Of a stretch of DNA of 64,000 nucleotides, positions 57,431 to 64,000 are shown piece after piece. Positions within the stretch are counted from its first letter, which is position 1. The number at the start of each line of letters is the position of its first letter. The DNA is taken from assembly GCA_041615815.1 (NCBI GenBank), contig JBFJCP010000018.1:1-64000 (forward strand), in the 5' to 3' direction. The notes beneath the pieces were generated by a model, which had not been told where the DNA came from, searched no databases, and saw only the letters and a program-made list of their open reading frames with translations. This stretch comes from Gemmatimonadales bacterium. GTDB taxonomy: Bacteria; Gemmatimonadota; Gemmatimonadetes; Gemmatimonadales; GWC2-71-9. Both the position numbers and the translations under genes were made by a program.

Positions 57431-59136
57431 AGCGGCCGTTTGCAGGGAAAAGGACGTTCGAGACGCGGACCCCGATGAGGCTCTGCATCGTCGCAAGCGT
57501 TGCGGTCGCGGCTCTCTTCGCGATAGAGCTTTCTGCCCAAACGCCCACACCCGAGATCCGTGCGGCCGAGTCCATCGTCGGTGATGGCATTCGCGGTCAT
57601 ATGGAGTTCCTCGCTAGCGACCTCTTGGAAGGACGAGGGACGGGGAGCCGCGGATACCTGATAGCTGCGCATTATGTAGCTGCGGAGTTCATGGCGTTGG
57701 GTTTCGAGCCGGCAGGTCCGGAGGCGAGTTACTTCCAACACGTCCCCTTACGGAAATCGACGGTGGTACCGGAGGGCACTACACTCGCGTGGACACAAGC
57801 GTCGGGGACCACGACACTTACCTACGGCGAGCATTACCTAGGCTCGGCGGGATTCTGGGAAGAAGAGAGTGCGATCACAGCACCGGCCGTCTTCGTCGGT
57901 TATGGCATCACCGCACCCGAGTTCGGTTACGACGACTATGATGGCATCGACGCCTCTGGCAAGATCGTAGTGGCCTTGGCCGGAGCGCCGCCTTCGCTTG
58001 GGCCCAACCCGGCAGCGCACTATTCCGGGGGAATCGCCAAGGCAGAGATCGCCGTAACCCACGGTGCCGTGGGCTTCCTGTCCATCTGGACGCCCAGCTA
58101 TGCGCAGCGACTGCCGTGGCTGGTGCTGCAGCGGCTCGTGCGTACCGGCTCGATGCGTTGGGTCGATCGGGAAGGTGCCCCCGCTCACGCACCATCCGAG
58201 CTACGGGGAGGCGCCACCTTGAACATGGCCGGTGCCGAGATGTTGTTCGACGGTGCTCCACAGCCGTTGCGCACGGTCCTCGAAGCGGCGCGAGACGGGA
58301 CGCCCGGATCGTTCGGACTCCCAGGACAGGTGACCCTCCGTGTAACGAGCCGTCACGAGGATGTCTCGAGTCCCAACGTCCTCGCGGTACTCAATGGCTC
58401 AGATCCTTCCCTCCGCAACGAGTATGTGGTCTTCACCGCGCATCTCGACCACGAAGGTATTGGCGAGCCCATGGACGGCGATTCCATCTACAATGGTGCG
58501 TACGACAACGCCTCGGGGATCGCGGCCCTGCTCGAGGTTGCGAAAGCCTTTGCCAGACTTGCGGACCCGCCGCGGCGCTCCGTGATCTTCGTGGCCACGG
58601 CTGCCGAAGAGAAAGGACTCTTGGGCGCCGATTACTTCGTCGAGTATCCAACGGTGCCGCGCGAACGTATCGTCGCGAACCTCAACATCGACGGCAATCT
58701 GATGTTGTTCCCCACGGATGATCTCCTCGCCTTGGGTGATCGGCATTCGACGCTCGGCGAGGCGGCGAAGTGGGGAGCGGCTCGTGTGGGGAGAACCGTC
58801 AGTACCGATCCCATGCCCGAGCAGACGCTGTTCATTAGGAGTGACCAGTATCCATTCGTAAAGCGAGGCATCCCAGCACTGTTCTTCATCAATGGATTCG
58901 AGAGCACCGACCCATCGGTGAACGGCCTCGTCACCGTGCAGCGGTGGCTGGGTACCGCCTACCACACACCGAAGGACGATATGAGCCAGCCCATGCACTT
59001 CGACTCCGGTGCGGTCTTCAGTCGAGCGGTCTTTCTCATTGGGTACGCGGTGGCCAACGATCCCGAGCGGCCACGCTGGCACCCGGGTGATTTCTTTGGC
59101 GAGACCTTCGGTCGTCAGGCCGAGGCGAGGCCGTAG
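57427..59136 (+). CDS. Exported M28 metallopeptidase with PA domain
   Basis: LASD.LEGR, VFVGYG, TAHLDH, NGAYDNASG, AEEKGL.G, RSD..PF, YH.P.D; alternative start 57475. Confidence 0.92.
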   Translation: MKRPFAGKRTFETRTPMRLCIVASVAVAALFAIELSAQTPTPEIRAAESIVGDGIRGHMEFLASDLLEGRGTGSRGYLIAAHYVAAEFMALGFEPAGPEASYFQHVPLRKSTVVPEGTTLAWTQASGTTTLTYGEHYLGSAGFWEEESAITAPAVFVGYGITAPEFGYDDYDGIDASGKIVVALAGAPPSLGPNPAAHYSGGIAKAEIAVTHGAVGFLSIWTPSYAQRLPWLVLQRLVRTGSMRWVDREGAPAHAPSELRGGATLNMAGAEMLFDGAPQPLRTVLEAARDGTPGSFGLPGQVTLRVTSRHEDVSSPNVLAVLNGSDPSLRNEYVVFTAHLDHEGIGEPMDGDSIYNGAYDNASGIAALLEVAKAFARLADPPRRSVIFVATAAEEKGLLGADYFVEYPTVPRERIVANLNIDGNLMLFPTDDLLALGDRHSTLGEAAKWGAARVGRTVSTDPMPEQTLFIRSDQYPFVKRGIPALFFINGFESTDPSVNGLVTVQRWLGTAYHTPKDDMSQPMHFDSGAVFSRAVFLIGYAVANDPERPRWHPGDFFGETFGRQAEARP

Positions 59137-59139
59137 CGC

Positions 59140-60219
59140 ATGGCTACGCGACGCGAGTTCGTCCGCGCAGGAGCAGCGGCGGCGCTGACCGGGGTCATCC
59201 CTTGGGGATCTTCGCGCCGCCGGCAGGATCGAGCCATCATCATCGACGGTCTCGGTGAGATTCGTATCGATTATGAGATGGAGCTTCTCGACGAGATTCG
59301 TGCCACGGGCATGCGCGGCTGTGTCGTCACAGTGGGGAATCCCGCGCTGCATGGCTCCAAAGCCTTCCTGGATATGCGCCAGGAGATCGAGGCCTACGAT
59401 CGCCATATCGCGCAACATCCGGATCGGCTGGCACGGGCCACGTCCACCGCTGGTTTTGATCAGGCAGCGAAAGACGACACAATCGCCCTTCTGTACTACA
59501 CGCAGAACGCAACGCCTATTGAAGACGATCTAGCGCGACTCGAGATTCTGTACGATCTGAACGTTCGGATCGTTCAACTCACGTACAACACGAGAAACCT
59601 GCTTGGCGACGGGGCTCTGGAACGCACCAATGCGGGGCTCAGCAAGTTTGGGATCGAGGTCGTCGAGCGGCTGAACGAGCTACGGATGTTGGTCGACGTG
59701 TCACACTGCGGCGAGGCCACGACGCTCGACGGAATCCGGTTCTCCAGACAACCGGCAGCAGTAACGCACGCGGGGTGCAAGGCAGTCTACGACCATCCAA
59801 GAAACAAGACGGATGAAGCGCTGCGGGCCCTAGCGGACAAAGGTGGCGTCATCGGTATCTATCAGATCAATCCGTATCTTGGAGCCAAGGAGCGAAACGA
59901 CCTGGATGATTATCTGATGCATCTGGACCATGCGATCAACGTGGCAGGGATCGACCACGTGGGAGTTGGGAGCGACCGGGAACACCGACGGATTCCGGAT
60001 ACCGCAGAAGAAAAGCAGAAGCTCATTGACGAGCTGGCAGAGCTCCGGCCAGTTACAGCGGCCACGTTTCGCTGGCCGTTTTTCCTTGCGGAACTCAATG
60101 GCCCGCGGCGCATGGAGACCATTCGCAGGGCGCTGGATCGCAGGGGACGCTCCCCTACCGAAATCGCAAAAATCCTCGGTGGAAATTTCTACCGGCTGTT
60201 CAAGGAGACGATCGGATGA
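59140..60219 (+). CDS. Tat-exported membrane dipeptidase (M19)-like protein
   Basis: TRREFV Tat motif; QLTYN.RN, GLS.FG, VDVSH, THA......HPRN..DE, GIDHVG.GSD, ILGGN. Confidence 0.88.
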   Translation: MATRREFVRAGAAAALTGVIPWGSSRRRQDRAIIIDGLGEIRIDYEMELLDEIRATGMRGCVVTVGNPALHGSKAFLDMRQEIEAYDRHIAQHPDRLARATSTAGFDQAAKDDTIALLYYTQNATPIEDDLARLEILYDLNVRIVQLTYNTRNLLGDGALERTNAGLSKFGIEVVERLNELRMLVDVSHCGEATTLDGIRFSRQPAAVTHAGCKAVYDHPRNKTDEALRALADKGGVIGIYQINPYLGAKERNDLDDYLMHLDHAINVAGIDHVGVGSDREHRRIPDTAEEKQKLIDELAELRPVTAATFRWPFFLAELNGPRRMETIRRALDRRGRSPTEIAKILGGNFYRLFKETIG

Positions 60220-61451
60220 ACACGAGTGTGACGAGAATGTTGCTGATCGCCGGCAGCGTGTGCATCGGATCGTCGGGCACGGCCCAAGAAGCAACGGATA
60301 CGGTCGCGCTCGTGGGTGCCACAGTGGTCGATCCGGGGCGCGGTCGATCGCTGGCGAACGCCACGGTGCTGGTGGCCCATGGAAAGATCCTGCGTGTCAC
60401 CGACACGCCGGGTGCGCCTCCCGCGGGAGTGCGTGTGATCCGTCTGGACGGCCGCTACCTCGTACCCGGACTCGTTGATGGGCACGTGCACATCACCGAT
60501 TTCGCAAGTGCTCGCCGGGCGCTGCACTCCGGCGTTACCACCGCCCGGAGCATGGGGGTCTCCCACTTTGCGGACGTGGGGCTGCGGGAGCTTGCGCGGG
60601 CTGGCGTCGTGGAGTCGCCGGAGATCCTCGCTGCCGGGTATCACGTCCGTCCGGAACCGGCAGAAGCGCTGTTTCTCGACGAACCCATGTTGGCGGATCT
60701 CATGCAAACAGGCGTCCACGGTGAGCTCGCCATGCGCCGGATGGGGCGGGTGATGATCGAGCGCGGGGTCGATTTCATCAAGACGAATGCCACCGAACGG
60801 GCAGGTCTTCCCGAGACGGATCCGCGGAAGCCGTTCTACAATGAAGCAGAATTGCGAGCGTTGGTGGAAGAGGCGCGGGCGGCGGAGATCCCGGTGGCTG
60901 CGCATGCCCACGGCGACGCCGGTGGCCGCGCGGCGGTGTTGGCGGGCGTCCGCAGTATCGAACACGGGACGTACCTGAGCAGCGAAACGCTCACGCTCAT
61001 GGCGGAGCGGGGGACCTATCTGGTCCCCACGATCGCCGTGGTCTCGGATCTGACGGTGCCAGGCGGTGATTACGACAATCCGGTGCTCAATATCCGCGGC
61101 CGACATATGCTCCCGAGGGTGCGCGAGATGGCGGCACAGGCACACCGACGCCGCGTTCGGATCGTGGCGGCTACGGACACCGGGTACGGGCCGGGGAGCG
61201 TTCTGCGCCTGAGCCACGAGTTGATCGAGCTCGTGGGGATTGGCATGTCGCCCATGGAAGCCATCCAGTCGGCCACGACCGTGGCCGCGGAGTTGCTCGG
61301 TGTCGCGGACCATACCGGGCGCATCGCGCGCGGCTTGGACGCGGATCTCCTCGTCTTGGAGCGCAACCCGCTCGAGGACATTGGTGCTTATCAAGACGTG
61401 CTGATGGTGATCAACGACGGGAAGATCGTGGTCGATCGAACGTCATGGTGA
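60216..61451 (+). CDS. Exported metal-dependent amidohydrolase (prolidase-like subgroup)
   Basis: PGLVDGHVH, GVTT.R, DFIK, AHAHG, SIEHG, ATD.G, G..ADL. Confidence 0.9.
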   Translation: MNTSVTRMLLIAGSVCIGSSGTAQEATDTVALVGATVVDPGRGRSLANATVLVAHGKILRVTDTPGAPPAGVRVIRLDGRYLVPGLVDGHVHITDFASARRALHSGVTTARSMGVSHFADVGLRELARAGVVESPEILAAGYHVRPEPAEALFLDEPMLADLMQTGVHGELAMRRMGRVMIERGVDFIKTNATERAGLPETDPRKPFYNEAELRALVEEARAAEIPVAAHAHGDAGGRAAVLAGVRSIEHGTYLSSETLTLMAERGTYLVPTIAVVSDLTVPGGDYDNPVLNIRGRHMLPRVREMAAQAHRRRVRIVAATDTGYGPGSVLRLSHELIELVGIGMSPMEAIQSATTVAAELLGVADHTGRIARGLDADLLVLERNPLEDIGAYQDVLMVINDGKIVVDRTSW

Positions 61452-61574
61452 CCAAATGGGCAGAGGGCAGAGAGCGGTACGGATGTGAGTAGATGGCACA
61501 GGGTGAAGAATGCCGGTGAGAGGGCCGAGCCGCGCAGTGAGAGCTCGGAGTGCTGAAGTCAGGACCTTGTACGC

Positions 61575-61604
61575 AGAAGAAGAAAGCGCCGGCTCCCCGG
61601 CGCT
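61575..61604 (-). terminator. Intrinsic terminator of the second GspE-like gene
   Basis: Minus strand AGCGCCGG-GGAG-CCGGCGCT followed by TTCTTCTTCT. Confidence 0.75.
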
Positions 61605-61649
61605 CGGTGCATGAGAAAACGGTAGTCCCTGTGGCCTGTGCTCTCGACG

Positions 61650-64000
61650 CTAGGCCTTCGCTCGCCGGTCCGATGTGTCGCGGCGTTCGATTCCACTCCG
61701 GCGGCTGACACCGCGACGCCGCTCGCCACGGCGACGATCCCGTGCCGCTCGCCGCTCGAAGGCCACTGGCTCGGCCAAACGGCGGCGATCGAGGTAGCGG
61801 CGATCTTCGCCGGCTCGCCGATCCCGTCCCGCCCGCCGATCGGACCGTACACCCCAGGACGACAATTTGCGCCGTTGAGCGACGCGCCGCTCTCGCTGCT
61901 GTGTGTTCGTCGTGCCGTTCATACCGTCGTTCCGTTGGTCGGAAGGAGGTGTGGGCGGCGCCACGTGCTGTCGCGCGTGCCCGGCGAGACCGTTGGCGCC
62001 GTTTGCATGCCCGTTCACTGGCGCACCATGCCCGTTCACTGGCTTGGTCGTACCACCGGCGGCGGACGGTCCCGCATGCCCGTTCGCTGGAGGAGCGTAC
62101 CCACTGGCGGGTGGGACGTGCCCATTGGCCGGAGGGGCATGCCCATTGGCAGGGGCAGCGTGACCGTTGATGTGGCCACCGTTCGGTGCCGGATGCCCAT
62201 TGACCGGTTTCATTTGGCTCTTGATGCCATTTGGCCCTGCAGCGGGGGGCGGGTGGCTCGCACCGTTCACGATGGGGCCGCCATTGGGATGCCCATTGGG
62301 GTGGGCCACACCATTCGCTTTCGGTGACCACGAAGATGCCCCCTTGGACGGTGCTGTAGCGCCGTTCACGTCGGCACTCGGTCCCGCGGGTGCGGGCGGT
62401 CGCGTGTCGCTCGGCGGGGGCGAGGTGCTCTGGGAGTGCCAATCCGGCGGCGCGTGGTACGGCGTGGTTGGCGCCGCTGGCGGGGTGTTGCCTCCCGCTC
62501 CTTGCTGCGGCCATGCCGGACCGCTACTGGGTGCACCCTGATACCCGGTGCCGGCGGCAACGGGTTGCTGAACCGGCTGTCGCGGCTGCGCGGGCGGTTG
62601 GGGCGGGGGTGCCGCCGCCTGTGGCGCCGGCTGGTACGTGTAATTCACACTCGGGCCGTGGGGTCCCCACGGACTTGGCGTCTGGAAGGGAGAGGGCGCC
62701 TGGTACGGAGCGCTAAACCCGCTGGGACCCCAGGCCGGAGGTGTATGATAGACCGGGCCCGTCCCCACCGGCGGCCAGACCTGGGGAGCGTACTGGAACA
62801 CGCCCGGATAGTGTCCCGGTAGTGGTGTTGGTTGATAGAAGACGGCGTGGCTGTACTGCGCCGCCACTTGCGGTGGCTGGTACATCTGCGGCATCACCGC
62901 TTGGCCGTACGCGTACGGATACATCTGTGGGGGCATCGGCGGGCCACCATGCTGCCCCTCGACGACGACCACCATCACTTTGACGTCCGGCGGCACCTGA
63001 ATGTTCTTGACACCGTGACCGGAGTCGAGGCGTACCTCCATTGTCCCGGGATCGTGTCCCGAGGGTCCAATGTGAATGTTGCCGTGGCCGGGACCGTCCT
63101 GCGGCTGTCGCGGCGGTTCTTCCGGCGGCTGCTGGAACCGGCCCCCCTGGTATCCACTGGGCGGCTGCTGTGGTTCGCGCGGCGGGTGGTACGCCGCCGC
63201 GGAAGGATCTGTCGATCCTGCCGGCCCGTGGACATATCCCGATGGCTGTTGATGGGGCGGTGCCGGCTGTTGGGACTGCGCCGGTTGCTCGTATTGCGGC
63301 GCCGGCTGCTGGTATGGTGGTGCCGGCGGTTGGTACGGCGGCGCCGGCTGGTCTTGTGGCGCGTGGTGCTGGTACTCGGGCGCGGGCTGCTGATACGGCG
63401 GCACCGGCTCGCGATACTCGGGAACCGGCTGCTCGTACGGCTCGGGCTGCTCGTAGCGCTCGGGCTCGGGTGCCGGCTCGGGCGCCTGGTAGTGCACGGC
63501 CGGTGCCGGCTCGACGGGTTCGGCCGGAAATGCGACGGGGCTCGGGGCGGCGAGTGGTGGTGACGTGGCCGGCTCGGCAGCCGATGGAGCTGCCATTTCC
63601 AGCGGCGCGTCCACAACGCGGAGCAACTCGTCGATCGTCGACTCACCGCGGAGGACGTGCGCCAAGCCACTCTCCCACAGAGAGTGCATTCCGCCCCGCC
63701 GCGCCGCCTGGGCGATCTTGTCCACCGTCTCTCCGGTCGCGATGAGGTGTTCCAATTCGGGTGTAACCGTCAACACCTCGAGGATTGCGAACCGGCCTCG
63801 GTAGCCGGTCATCGCGCACTTGGGACACCCCACGGCACGGTAGAGCGGTGTGTCGGTCTGAATCCACTGCTGAAGCTTGGGCGGTGCGGGTTCGAGCGCC
63901 ACGTCTTTGCAGGCGGGACAGAGTTTACGCATCAAGCGTTGCGCCAGCACACCTCGCACCGCGGTCGCGATCTTGTAGCTCTCGATGCCGATGTCCATAA
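61650..64000 (-). CDS. GspE/PilB-family ATPase paralog (5' part outside the window) with ~650-aa low-complexity C-terminal extension
   Basis: DIG.ESYKIA.A.RGV.AQRLMR.LCP.C...GC..C.MTGYRGR..ILEVL...GESTIDELLRVVD, closely matching 30509..32758; frame stays open to TAG at 61650, followed by a terminator. Confidence 0.85.
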   Translation of the reverse strand, partial: MDIGIESYKIATAVRGVLAQRLMRKLCPACKDVALEPAPPKLQQWIQTDTPLYRAVGCPKCAMTGYRGRFAILEVLTVTPELEHLIATGETVDKIAQAARRGGMHSLWESGLAHVLRGESTIDELLRVVDAPLEMAAPSAAEPATSPPLAAPSPVAFPAEPVEPAPAVHYQAPEPAPEPERYEQPEPYEQPVPEYREPVPPYQQPAPEYQHHAPQDQPAPPYQPPAPPYQQPAPQYEQPAQSQQPAPPHQQPSGYVHGPAGSTDPSAAAYHPPREPQQPPSGYQGGRFQQPPEEPPRQPQDGPGHGNIHIGPSGHDPGTMEVRLDSGHGVKNIQVPPDVKVMVVVVEGQHGGPPMPPQMYPYAYGQAVMPQMYQPPQVAAQYSHAVFYQPTPLPGHYPGVFQYAPQVWPPVGTGPVYHTPPAWGPSGFSAPYQAPSPFQTPSPWGPHGPSVNYTYQPAPQAAAPPPQPPAQPRQPVQQPVAAGTGYQGAPSSGPAWPQQGAGGNTPPAAPTTPYHAPPDWHSQSTSPPPSDTRPPAPAGPSADVNGATAPSKGASSWSPKANGVAHPNGHPNGGPIVNGASHPPPAAGPNGIKSQMKPVNGHPAPNGGHINGHAAPANGHAPPANGHVPPASGYAPPANGHAGPSAAGGTTKPVNGHGAPVNGHANGANGLAGHARQHVAPPTPPSDQRNDGMNGTTNTQQRERRVAQRRKLSSWGVRSDRRAGRDRRAGEDRRYLDRRRLAEPVAFERRAARDRRRGERRRGVSRRSGIERRDTSDRRAKA

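Noticed and set aside
61411..62514. Alternative minus-strand ORF with QWA repeats
   Set aside because: Out-of-frame reading of the NGH repeats; runs through the terminator and has no supporting start
61975..63480. Tandem DNA repeats as a CRISPR array or mobile element
   Set aside because: Degenerate, codon-phased units encoding peptide repeats; no constant repeat with unique spacers and no cas genes
1..64000. tRNA, rRNA, tmRNA, SRP RNA, transposases, integrases
   Set aside because: No recognisable signatures by eye in the intergenic gaps or ORF translations

Overview
High-GC bacterial chromosomal segment, densely coding (about 57 CDS). I could not support any rRNA, tRNA, CRISPR array, transposase, integrase or prophage. 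Gene content (acidobacterial-type PadR plus an ADOP relic, Ser/Thr kinase-TolB-like-TPR, choice-of-anchor B, many exported peptidases and amidohydrolases) suggests Gemmatimonadota, which is an inference. Left part: a housekeeping run rho-ruvX-mltG-(thiE on the opposite strand)-aroH-rlmI-like(frameshifted)-CDF, plus a protamine-like gene. Middle and right: mostly exported hydrolases, oxidoreductases (Rieske oxygenase, P450, quinohemoprotein ADH), transporters and a six-gene sirtuin-BtpA-peptidase operon. Most unusual: (i) two paralogous, orphan GspE/PilB ATPases that diverge right after the ATPase core. One ends in a receiver domain and sits behind a sigma54 promoter plus a TGTGA-N6-TCACA palindrome; the other carries a ~650-aa P/Q/Y-rich, NGH-repeat and (D/E)RR-repeat tail. 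(ii) A small exported protein that looks like a stand-alone bacterial version of the plant extra-large G-protein N-terminal YWYD..SGLWG.EG..INGRE domain. (iii) A stand-alone HisKA mini-protein. (iv) 11-bp-phased CarH/LitR-like operator repeats. All family calls are by eye from motifs; no searches were run.
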